Assembly: GCA_963842145.1 (NCBI GenBank)
Contig: CAWJFJ010000012.1
Span: forward strand, 227,060-291,059
Origin: an uncultured Acidimicrobiaceae bacterium
GTDB taxonomy: Bacteria; Actinomycetota; Acidimicrobiia; Acidimicrobiales; UBA8190
Reading direction: 5' to 3'
DNA: 64,000 nt
Positions 1-8,418 of this stretch are shown piece by piece; position 1 is the first letter of the stretch; every line of letters starts with the position of its first letter. Position numbers and translations under genes: made by a program. The notes below the pieces were generated by a model that was not told the DNA's origin, searched no databases, and worked only from the letters and a program-made list of their open reading frames with translations.

Positions 1-64
1 GATGTCGTTCGGGGAAGCCTGGGTGGGAAGTGCAGTTGGACTGCCCGCGCTCGCGGTAACACCC

Positions 65-275
65 GGAGTAGTGCGGGTGGCAAGGGGCTTCGGACCGTCC
101 GGGATTGCCGGTGATGCGCTACTTCCCGGCAGTCGATTGGCGGCTGGGCCGCACTATATTGCTCGCCGGTGGAGATCCTGAGCGGGTCGCCCATGGCCGG
201 TCCCCCCCGAATCCGGCGAAACCTGCCGGACACAGAGGCAGGAACCGGCCAGGCATATCAGCGAGTATCGAGCGT
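65..275 (+). repeat. Dispersed intergenic repeat, long-form copy D
   Basis: ATTGCCGGTGATGCGCT at 104-120, TATTGCTCG at 157-165 and GAGATCCTGAGCGGGTCGCCC at about 172-192. Aligns with 7318-7530 over about 170-210 nt at roughly 65-70% identity by eye. No convincing CDS overlaps it. Confidence 0.7.
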
Positions 276-355
276 CTTCGATCCCAACTTGTGTTCCCAA
301 CCTCCAACCGTCACCCGCATCTCGTGAGCACCACGACGCCTGGCGAAGCTCCCGG

Positions 356-1645
356 TTACCAGGGAAGCCCGGAGCCCCCGGCTGATCCGAAGAACCCTGC
401 GTCACCGAAGCTGAACACACCGCCATCGGCGCCGACCAGCCAGTACCCCAAATCACCGTGGGTGGCCGCAATCCCGACGATGGGGGCGGCGGGCCGGACC
501 CGCTCACCTGGAAGCGATCCGAGGAAGTGGGGCTTTGCTCCGCCCGGAGCCTTGACAGCGAAGACCCCACCGTCACCGGCCACGAACCAGGCTCCGTCAC
601 CGGTGGGTGTGACGGCGACACCGCTCACGAGGGAAGCGCGCACCACGGTGCCGATCGACAGCGTCCTGTTGCCGGTGTTGTGCACGTCCCCGTACCCGAT
701 AGCGGCGCCCAAGATCCCCGCTTCGTAGTAGCCGCCGCCGTCGGCGGTGGCTCCAAGGCCGACGAAGGGCTCGTCGGTGAGGCCAGTGGCGAGGTTGGCC
801 GGTTGGGGGGCCGAGCCCAGGAAGGGAGCGGCACCGAAGCTGAAGACGCCGCCGTCCTCGCCCAGGAGCCAGTAGCCACCGCCGGCCGGATCGGCGGTGA
901 TGCCGACGATCGTGTCGGCGGTGAGGGCGAGGTAGGGAGCGTCGGGTACGACGTGTTGCCCGGGCAACGAGCCGCAGAACTTGGCGTCACCGAAGCTGAA
1001 TACACCGCCATCGGCGCCGACCAGCCAGTACCCGCCCCCGTCGGTGGTGGCGGCGATCCCGACGATGGGGGCGGCGGGCACGACCCCTTCACCCGGCAGA
1101 GAGCCGTAGAAGTGGGCGTCGCCGTAGCTGAAGACCCCGCCGCCCGCCTGGGTCAGCCAGTAGCCCTTCCCATCCGGGGTGGGGGCGATCCCGACGAAGC
1201 GCGACGGCAGAGGGATCGTGACCGTGAAGGGCACGGACACGGTGATCTCGGAACTGGCGAAGTTGGACGTGTTGCAGGCCAGGGAGAACATGTAGTGACC
1301 GGCGGACACCGACGCGCCGGGAGGGGCATTGGGGGACCCGAGGACGCTTGGAATGACGAAGCGTTGGCTACCTCTACTCGCGTTGTATGGCAGGAGGGTG
1401 CCGCTGCTCCGCGCTTTCGCTGGCCCGAACTCCACGGGCCCACAGCCGTCGTTCGCCGGAGAGGAGAACGTCACGGTGACGACCGAACCGATCGACCCTG
1501 CGCTGGAGCTCACCGAGAGTCTCGGCGCAACCGTCGCTCCGGCAAGCGAAGGCACAACGATAACGGCTCCAGCAGCAATGGCTACCGTCCCGGCCACGAC
1601 CGTCGAGACACGAACCCACGCTGTCCTTCGACTTCTGGTCTTCAT
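356..1645 (-). CDS. Secreted or membrane-anchored repeat protein (N-terminal signal/TM, Ig-like segment, then about six GYWLVGADGGVFSFGDAxFxGS repeats; beta-propeller-like)
   Basis: ORF 356..1810. An internal ATG at 1645 gives MKTRSRRTAWVRVSTVVAGTVAIAAGAVIVVPSLAGA (basic N-terminus plus hydrophobic helix). The 40-50 aa repeat unit recurs about six times. Start choice is an inference. Confidence 0.75.
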   Translation of the reverse strand: MKTRSRRTAWVRVSTVVAGTVAIAAGAVIVVPSLAGATVAPRLSVSSSAGSIGSVVTVTFSSPANDGCGPVEFGPAKARSSGTLLPYNASRGSQRFVIPSVLGSPNAPPGASVSAGHYMFSLACNTSNFASSEITVSVPFTVTIPLPSRFVGIAPTPDGKGYWLTQAGGGVFSYGDAHFYGSLPGEGVVPAAPIVGIAATTDGGGYWLVGADGGVFSFGDAKFCGSLPGQHVVPDAPYLALTADTIVGITADPAGGGYWLLGEDGGVFSFGAAPFLGSAPQPANLATGLTDEPFVGLGATADGGGYYEAGILGAAIGYGDVHNTGNRTLSIGTVVRASLVSGVAVTPTGDGAWFVAGDGGVFAVKAPGGAKPHFLGSLPGERVRPAAPIVGIAATHGDLGYWLVGADGGVFSFGDAGFFGSAGGSGLPW

Positions 1646-1881
1646 GTCTGTTCCCCTCGTTGGCGACGCGCAACAAGCGGCGTCGAGATGGCAGATACGA
1701 CCTCGCCGCTTCCCAAGCAGCGCCCGTGATCCAGTCTTCTTCTCGGCAGTCCTTGGCGCAACGCGCAGGCCAGGTAGGGCCAAAAGCCCCCTGGTAACCC
1801 CCCCCGTCACCGCTGACCACTCAGACGGCCGGGTGCGGGAAGCTCAAAACAAGGTCAGTCACTACCGCCTGATGGCGACCG

Positions 1882-1906
1882 GGATCACTTCATATGTGGG
1901 TGATCC
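1882..1906. repeat. Left end site of the double-recombinase element (imperfect palindrome GGATCAC-N11-GTGATCC)
   Basis: GGATCACTTCATATGTGGGTGATCC. Its outer 14 nt, TATGTGGGTGATCC (1893-1906), are the exact reverse complement of 4255-4268. Confidence 0.75.
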
Positions 1907-1966
1907 ACCAGGCGGGATGACGTCACCGGCAGGGTGGAGCCTTCCCGATGGAAGGAGATCACCCAC

Positions 1967-3005
1967 ATGCCGCTCCAGTTATCAGTTGAGCGTTCTTTAG
2001 CTCCCTCGGGCGAGCAGGTCGTCCGACTCGGACACGAGCTTCTCGACGACTACCTGACGTTCCTCGCAGGCCGAGCCCGGCCAAACTCTGTCCTGGCCGC
2101 CGCCTTCGATCTGAAGGTGTTCTTCTGCTTCGTGCAGAAGGAACCGGCGCAGGTCACGAGCCGTGACGTGCTCAACTTCATCGGCGCCCAGCGAGCACCA
2201 CGGACGCAGACGAAGGTCGTGCGCATCTCCGATGGCGGATCGGGACTGTCGGCCCGGACGGTGGCCCGGCGGCTGTCGTCGATCTCGGGATTATTCGCCT
2301 ACCTGATTGTGCGCGGAGACGCCGGCGTGTCCACGTCGCCGGTGCCGAGGGGATTGATGACTCGCCGGGCCCGACGAAACAATGGGCGGGCGGCGCCGCT
2401 CGTGCGCACGCCGAAACTCCTGCCGAGAATCCTGCAGCCGCAGGAGGTTGACTCTCTGGTGGCTGCGCTGCGCACAAAGAGGGACAGGGGCCATGGTCGA
2501 GGCCATGGTCCTCGGTGGCCTGCGACGCTGCGAGGTGCTCGGTCTGCGGATGGCCGACCTCCAGATCGGTGAGCGCAAGGTGTTCATCGCCGACGGGAAA
2601 GGCGGACGCCAGCGCGTCGTTCCCATGTCGGGGCGGTTCTTTGCATCGGTGGCCCGCTATCTCAACGAGGAACGCCCCGCTGACGCCGTCACCGACGTGG
2701 TCTTCGTCGTGTTGAAGGGTAAGCGTCGGGGACAGCCGTTGTCGGCCTATGGGATCGACGAGATCCTCGAGTTGGCCAAGGAGCGGGCCGGCCTTGTCCA
2801 CGCCACGTGCCATGAGCTGCGCCACACGTGTCTCACGCGACTTCGTGAAGCGGGCATGGCTCTCGAAGCCGTGCAGGCCCAGGCCGGGCACGCCTCGATC
2901 GAGACCACCCGCCTCTATCTGCACCTGGCCGACGACTGGTTGGCCGGCGAGTACCGCCGGGCATCGGAAGCCATCGACGCCCAGGCCCTGGCGGTGGTCC
3001 GATGA
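1967..3005 (+). pseudogene. Tyrosine recombinase/integrase 1, frameshifted
   Basis: The N-terminal SAM-like domain is in the frame of ORF 1934..2572 and the catalytic domain (HELRHTCLT, GHASIETTRLYLH) is in the frame of ORF 2382..3005. The frames rejoin as LRTKRDR/AMVEAMVLGGLR if one G is removed from GGGG at 2487-2490. RBS GGAAGGAG precedes the ATG at 1967. Confidence 0.8.
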
Positions 3006-4237
3006 AGGCCCTTGCACACACGCATTCGGCGCCCTCTCTGTCCGAGACCATCGCGGCCTATCTGGGCCGAATTGTCGTTGTCTTTGCGGCCTCAAAGTGT
3101 GACCAGCTTCGGGAGCGACCTGAGGATGTTCGCCTTCTTTCTCGCCGACAACCATCCGGAGGTCCAGGGGGCCAGTGACCTCGAGCGCCGTCACATCGAG
3201 AGCTACAAGAGCCATATGGCCACCGCCACCGGAACCAAGGGCCGGCGCCTGGCCACGGCCACCGTCCGGCGGCGGCTGTCGACGCTGCGGATGTTCCTGG
3301 AACGCATCACGGAATGGGGTTGGGACGACGCCCCGCCCCGGGTGCTCATCTTCGCCGGGGATCTGCCCAAGTGCGACGAGCCGTTGCCCAAGTTCTTGGA
3401 CGACGCCCGCTTCGCCGCTTTCATGCGGGCAGCCAGGAGCGAACCCCGTCCCCTTCTGCGCCTGACCATCGAATTGCTGGCCGGACGGGCATGCGGGTGG
3501 GCGAACTGTGCGACCTCGAAGCCGACGCCACGGTGAAGATCGGCGACACCCACTGGCTGCGCATCCCGGTCGGGAAGCTCCACAACGACCGCTACATTCC
3601 GCTGCATCCCCAGCTCGTCGACATGCTCGAGGAGTGGTCGCATCACCCTGACTGCGGGGTGGGAGGCCGGCTGCTCAGCATCGAGGGTCGTCCGCTCAAC
3701 CGGCATGCCGTCACCCGCATGTGCGACCGTTGTGCGAAGAAGGCGGGCATCGGACACGTCCACCCCCATCAGTTGCGGCACACCGTGGCCACCCAAGCGG
3801 TGAACCGCGGCATGAGCCTCGAGGCCATCGCCGCCCTCCTCGGCCATCGTTCCATGTCCATGACGATGACCTATGCCCGCATCGCCGACCGGACCGTGGC
3901 CGACGAGTACTTCGCCGTGAGCGAGAAGGTCGAAGCTCTGTATGACAAGGCCCCCATCTTGTCGGCCAACGCCGAAGGTCCGAGCATGCGCCGTCTGCGC
4001 CGTGAGCACCACCGAATGCTCGGCAACGGCCTCTGCACCCGGCCTGTCGAACTCGATTGCGCCTTCGAGACCATCTGCGAGAGCTGCACCTACTTCGCCA
4101 CGTCTGTCGAGTTCCGTCCGACGCTGCGGCGACAGCTGAAAGACGCCACCCGCAAGGGCCAGACCGGCCGCCAGAAGCTCTTCAGCGGCCTTCTCGAGGG
4201 GATCGAAGGGGTGAAGGACCTCAAAGGCGAGCAATAA
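3002..4237 (+). pseudogene. Tyrosine recombinase/integrase 2 (Cys-rich C-terminal extension), at least two frameshifts
   Basis: The ATG at 3002 overlaps the upstream stop. Reading switches frame near 3065-3075 and again at GCCGG 3480-3484 (expected GCCCGG, giving ELLARTGMRVGELC). The catalytic part (HQLRHTVAT, GHRSMSMTMTYA) and the CxxxxxxCxxxxCxxC tail are in ORF 3314..4237. Confidence 0.75.
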
Positions 4238-4254
4238 TCAAGGATCAATCGGAC

Positions 4255-4280
4255 GGATCACCCACATAACACCCTGATTC
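4255..4280. repeat. Right end site of the double-recombinase element
   Basis: GGATCACCCACATAACACCCTGATTC. The first 14 nt are the inverted copy of 1893-1906, and the distal TGATTC resembles the TGATCC arm of the left site. Confidence 0.7.
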
Positions 4281-5575
4281 ATGATTGGGGCGGCGCTGGG
4301 CTTCGGTTCTAGCGTCTCGGGAGCTTGGCGGCCTGGCTCTGTAACACCCTGCCGCCTGAGGGTTGGCCTCAAGTAACGAAGTGTCAGCCGCCGAGTTCCT
4401 CGGCCACGGCGTGGCTCGAAAGAGGCGAGCAAGAACCGGTCTCATCAGGACTGCCCGACGTGGCTCCCACCAGCGACCAGGGAGGAACACGATGGTGCTC
4501 ATCGGCATCGATCCGCACAAGGCGACTCACACTGCGGTGGCGGTCGACACAGAAGAGACGGCACTGGCCGAGCTCACGGTGAAAGCAGACCGTCACCAGG
4601 TCGAGCGTCTCCTCAAATGGGCGATCGACTTTCCGGATCGACGCTGGGCCGTCGAGTCGGCCAACGGGCTCGGGTTCTTGTTAGCCCAGCAGCTCGTGGC
4701 TGCCGGCGAAGACGTCGTCGACGTCCCGCCCACCTTGGCGGCCCGGGTTCGGGTCCTCGGGTCGGGCAAGACGCAGAAGAACGACCGCAACGACGCCTTG
4801 TCCACCGCCATCGCCGCGATGCGGGCCAAGAGACTGCGCAACGTCGTGGCCGAGGACCACGGAGGCGTCTTGCGCCTGCTGGTGGATCACCATCACGACC
4901 TGGGGTCGCTGCGCACCCAGGCCGTCTGTCGGCTCCATGCCCTGGTGCGGTGCCTAATCCCAGGTGGGACGGGAGTTCGGCTCTCCCGCGGCCCGTGCGG
5001 CGGTTGTGCTGCGCAGTGTGCGACCGACCAATGCAGTGGACGTCGAACGCAAGCGCATGGCTCTTGGTCATGTGGCTGACATCAGACGTCTCGACGCCGA
5101 GATCGCCGCGTCCAAGGTCCGCATCGAGACCGCCGTGGCGGCCTCGGGCACGAGTGTGACCGAGCTCTATGGCGTCGGGCCGGTCGTGGCCGCCTTTCTG
5201 ATCGGCCACAGCGGCGACATGGCGCGGTTCGCCAACAGGGACCACTACGCCTCGTATAACGCCACGGCTCCTATCGAAGCCTCGAGCGGTCCGAGGGTGC
5301 GGCACCGGCTCAACCCCCGGGGCAACCGACGCCTCAACCACGCCATCCATGTGATCGCCATCTGCCAGATCCGCCACCCGACCGAAGGGCGGAAGTACTT
5401 CGATCGCAAGGTGGCCGAGGGCAAGACCACCAAGGAAGCGTTGCGGGCACTCAAGCGTCAGATCTCGAACGTCGTGTATCGCCAGCTGGTCATCGATTCC
5501 GGCAGGTGACATAGCGGACCCGGGAGGGCAAGTAGGGGCGACTCCTATGGCCAGCGCGACCGGCTCACACCCTGA
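4269..5575 (+). mobile_element. IS110-family element 1 (boundaries tentative)
   Basis: The transposase lies at 4492-5509. ACACCCTGA occurs at 4269-4277 and 5567-5575, which would delimit about 1.3 kb, a typical IS110 size. No terminal inverted repeats, as expected for this family. Confidence 0.4.
4492..5509 (+). pseudogene. IS110-family (DEDD) transposase, frameshifted
   Basis: The N-terminal part, MVLIGIDPHKATHTAVAVD...KNDRNDA, is in ORF 4363..5079. The C-terminal part, ...GVGPVVAAFLIGHSGDMARF...RLNHAIHVIA..., is in ORF 4964..5509. The frame changes near 4960-4972. RBS GGGAGGA precedes the ATG at 4492. Confidence 0.85.
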
Positions 5576-5842
5576 CACCGGCTCTTCAGTTCGGCCACTT
5601 CCCGGATCCAGCACAACGATACGTCCGGCCCCCGGCCGGCGCTTCAGCGCGCCCAAATGACCCCTCTTGACAGAAAGAGGCTTCGTGTTGGTATGGGCCA
5701 CGAGGGGTCACACCAGACCAGATCCTCGCCCCGCGACAGACTGCCCAAGGCGACCTCAGGCCGTCCGGTATCACCTCGGTGACCGGGCGCAATGTCGCCC
5801 CCGCCACCCAGCGATATTGATGATCCAGTGAGGCCCTGAGGA

Positions 5843-5938
5843 AGTCGTCGAAAGGTGCAACCACTCACAATCACGCGTCGCCGTCAATACAGTCGTCGAA
5901 AGGTGCAACCACTCACAATCACGCGTCGCCGTCGATAC
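5843..5938. repeat. Tandem duplication, 2 x 48 bp
   Basis: AGTCGTCGAAAGGTGCAACCACTCACAATCACGCGTCGCCGTC(A/G)ATAC at 5843-5890 and 5891-5938, with one mismatch. Confidence 0.95.
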
Positions 5939-5999
5939 AGCGCGGGCCGATCCCGGGTCGGCTCCAGAGGAACACTGGCACCTGTCGGATGGCCGGAGC

Positions 6000-6533
6000 T
6001 TAGCGAGGTCCTCGCCAGCGAAACATGGGAAATGGCCGCCATGGGTGCCGCAGGGCGTATCGGAGCGCCGTACGTCCCAGGAACTCATGGAACCCCCAGT
6101 GGGGGAACGCGTCGATCACCTCGGCGAACTGCGCTGGGCCCACGGACTTACCCCATCGCCGTGGCCAGGCGTCGGCTCGGTCGGCCCGGCGAAAGCCCTC
6201 GGCCAGAGGGTCGTCCAATGGTCGCAAGCAATGGTGGTATTCGATCATGAGTCGAAGACGAGGTGTTGGCTCGACCTGGAACTCGGAGGCGAGTTCTTCG
6301 GCCAGTCGGGCCGATGGGGCGAGGTAGTCGAGGGTGTGGGCAGTCCAGAGTCCAAGGTCATGGGCCACCCATGCCAACGCCAGCTCATTCGATTCGGCAA
6401 GGTCGGACATGTTCAAATGCAGATTGAAGCCCCGGTAGACGTGGTTGCGATACATGACGGCCTGCGCCCCGAGGTCGTCGTCGTAGCGCCCAAGGATGGC
6501 GTCGATCAGAGGGTTGGCCCGGACGAGCTGCAC
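6000..6533 (-). CDS. Hypothetical protein, possibly HD-domain-like
   Basis: Uninterrupted 177-aa ORF with an ALAWVAHDLG and IEYHH pattern. The family assignment is from memory only. Confidence 0.45.
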   Translation of the reverse strand: MQLVRANPLIDAILGRYDDDLGAQAVMYRNHVYRGFNLHLNMSDLAESNELALAWVAHDLGLWTAHTLDYLAPSARLAEELASEFQVEPTPRLRLMIEYHHCLRPLDDPLAEGFRRADRADAWPRRWGKSVGPAQFAEVIDAFPHWGFHEFLGRTALRYALRHPWRPFPMFRWRGPR

Positions 6534-6589
6534 AGACAGAAGCTAGCCCGCCGCCCTGATTACGCCGAGCAGCTGCCCTATTCCGGCAT

Positions 6590-7120
6590 TCAGGACAAAG
6601 GTGGCGCCCAGCCTGAGTCACGCCCAAAGATGCCCAAGAGTCGGTCCTGGACAGGGGCGTCGTCGGGGATGTGTATAGCCGGTGCAAACATGTCTGAACC
6701 GTCGCGGCGCTCCAGATTGGCCAACGCTCGGTCCAGTCCGATCTGACAGAGCCGAGGGTCCAGGGTGACTTCGACGCCGACGGCCGCGCAGAGATCCCAG
6801 GTGTGGATCAGCACCTCGGTGGTGAGGTAGGCCAGAAGCGAGGTGCGCTTCTCATTGAGGACCCCTGGGCGAGACAGGGTCGAGAAGAGGGCATCCACGG
6901 TCACCGCCCATCGAGTCTCGGGGTCGTCCTTGGGTCTGGTGGGCTTGGCCTCCAGTGGCCGGAGCAGCAATACGTCGTGGAATCCGATGACGTGCTCCAG
7001 CACCCCTCGGGCGTCCCATTCGGCGCACGGTGAGGGTGCATCCCAGTGCCCCGTGGATGATCGCACTGCGACTGTGAAGCCATCACAAGCTTGACGGTGA
7101 TCCTCCAGCACCTCCACCAC
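6590..7120 (-). CDS. DinB/MDMPI_N-like (TIGR03086-type) protein
   Basis: WDAPSPCAEWDARGVLEHVIG and LTTEVLIHTWDL motifs. The start is placed at the GTG at 7120, behind GGAGGG; start uncertain. Confidence 0.6.
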   Translation of the reverse strand: MVEVLEDHRQACDGFTVAVRSSTGHWDAPSPCAEWDARGVLEHVIGFHDVLLLRPLEAKPTRPKDDPETRWAVTVDALFSTLSRPGVLNEKRTSLLAYLTTEVLIHTWDLCAAVGVEVTLDPRLCQIGLDRALANLERRDGSDMFAPAIHIPDDAPVQDRLLGIFGRDSGWAPPLS

Positions 7121-7317
7121 AGCACCCTCCAAATTCCAAGGCGGATCCCCGATGTTGGCCGATTTGATGGCGGCGGTCCAGGTTATCCACCTGAGCGATA
7201 CCCCTGCCGGTGGTCGGGCGGGGCAGCCGGAGGACCCGGCCGGCGTCGAACGGCGAGCGACCGCCGGGCTTTCAAGCCTGGCCTGAGGACCTGAGAAGGA
7301 CCGATCGGTATTCGCGC

Positions 7318-7530
7318 GTGCGGGCAGGGCGCGTTCGGCTCGCACCCCATCCGCAACTGCCGATGATGCGCTCTTTCCCGCCCGTCAGTTGATCATCGGG
7401 GCCGCGCAGTATTGCTCGGCGCCGGCGATCCCGGGCGGGTCCACCCGATGGCCCGGCCCTCGAATCCAGTGCAATCTGTCGGACGCAGACGAAAACAGGG
7501 CCACGCATAACCCCGAATACCGCCCGTCGG
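7318..7530 (+). repeat. Dispersed intergenic repeat, long-form copy C
   Basis: AACTGCCGATGATGCGCT at 7355-7372 and GCGCAGTATTGCTCGGCGCCGGCGATCCCGGGCGGGTCC at 7404-7442. Homologous to 65-275, and 34 of 39 nt match 29357-29395. Possible hairpin CCGATGAT (7360-7367) with ATCATCGG (7392-7399). Confidence 0.75.
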
Positions 7531-7609
7531 TCCCTTGCCGTCGCTAGGGGATAGCGCTCCTTGCCCGGTCCGGCACATCTCGGAACGTGTGTTGGATGCC
7601 AGGCCGATT

Positions 7610-8134
7610 TCAGAACCTGAAACGAGTGAGGCCCCCTGGTTCCGTGCCCAAAGTCACGACTGCTGAGCGCGGATGGACTCGAAACACGCTCCATGGCGGT
7701 GGTCCTTGCGACGGTGCATTGAACGGTGCGGTGATACCGGACCCGCTCTCATCGACTTCGGCGGGCCAGCCCTGGTCCGCCCAGGCCTTGGCAAGGCGCG
7801 CCAGTGTAGCTGGGTCGGTTTCCCTCGCCGCGTCACCCTCGACGACAATGTCTGCATCACGAATCGATACCGCGATCGAGCAGCGCGGATCGCGGTCGAC
7901 GTTGCGGCGCTTCCGGGTGCCCGAACCGGTCTGGAACCAGAAGGTTCCGTCGAGCCAAAGCGCGCCGACCGCAGTCACATGCGGGCTGCCGTCCGCGTTC
8001 ACCGTCGACAGCCACGTCGTGCGGGCGTTGTGGGCCTCTGGCGCCGGCTGAGATCCGGCGTCGAGTTTCTCGACGATGGCAGCCCATTGCACCGGCGCAA
8101 GTCCGTCCGCCGCACCCAGATTGATGACTTCCAT
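7610..8134 (-). CDS. Pyridoxamine 5-phosphate oxidase (PPOX) family protein
   Basis: MEVINLG... with TTWLSTVNADGSPHVTAVGALWLDGTFWFQTG, typical of the split-barrel PPOX fold. ATG at 8134. Confidence 0.65.
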   Translation of the reverse strand: MEVINLGAADGLAPVQWAAIVEKLDAGSQPAPEAHNARTTWLSTVNADGSPHVTAVGALWLDGTFWFQTGSGTRKRRNVDRDPRCSIAVSIRDADIVVEGDAARETDPATLARLAKAWADQGWPAEVDESGSGITAPFNAPSQGPPPWSVFRVHPRSAVVTLGTEPGGLTRFRF

Positions 8135-8418
8135 GGCGAGGCTGCCTTTCGCTAACGACAAATGGAGCATAAATCGCGCCCTCTTGGTCCATTGCCTGCC
8201 GAGGGACCGATAACGCCCGACGACACCGTAGCCTCGTCTCGTGATGGCTCGTCCAAGCACCCGAGGCCGTATCACCCGGACCCGGATGGCCACCGACGCT
8301 CGGTCCGCCGTGAGGTCGCCCTGGTCGCCATATTGGCAGCCCCACGGGTACCGCGTGGAAATGTTCAGCGCTTGGGCTCAAGTGGTGACCGCGACATCTC
8401 CTGACCCGGAGGTGTCAG

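Larger units (their letters stand above)
1893..4268 (+). mobile_element. Putative integrative element carrying two tandem tyrosine recombinases, bounded by a 14-bp perfect inverted repeat
   Basis: TATGTGGGTGATCC at 1893-1906 and GGATCACCCACATA at 4255-4268 flank only the two recombinase genes. The stop of the first gene overlaps the ATG of the second (ATGA at 3002-3005). Confidence 0.6.

Noticed and set aside
458-1729. Many long ORFs overlapping real genes on the opposite strand or in other frames, for example 458-1729, 2178-3215, 3203-4234, 4613-5701, 8365-9366, 11047-12237, 25558-26547, 33285-34409, 34768-36516, 39605-40855 and 42542-43615.
   Set aside because: Their products are Arg/Pro/Gly/Ala-rich and low in complexity with no recognisable motifs. 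Each overlaps a gene with clear family signatures. This is the typical open-frame artefact of high-GC DNA.
1967-4237. Recombinase-in-trio (RIT) element or a complete Tn554-like unit.
   Set aside because: Only two recombinase genes are present between the inverted repeats, with no third recombinase or tnpC-like small gene. The IS110 copy begins immediately after the right repeat.
5843-5938. Possible CRISPR array, from the 48-bp tandem repeat here or the 31-bp repeats at 61521-61613.
   Set aside because: There are only two or three units, directly abutting or with repeat-derived spacing rather than unique spacers. No cas genes are nearby.
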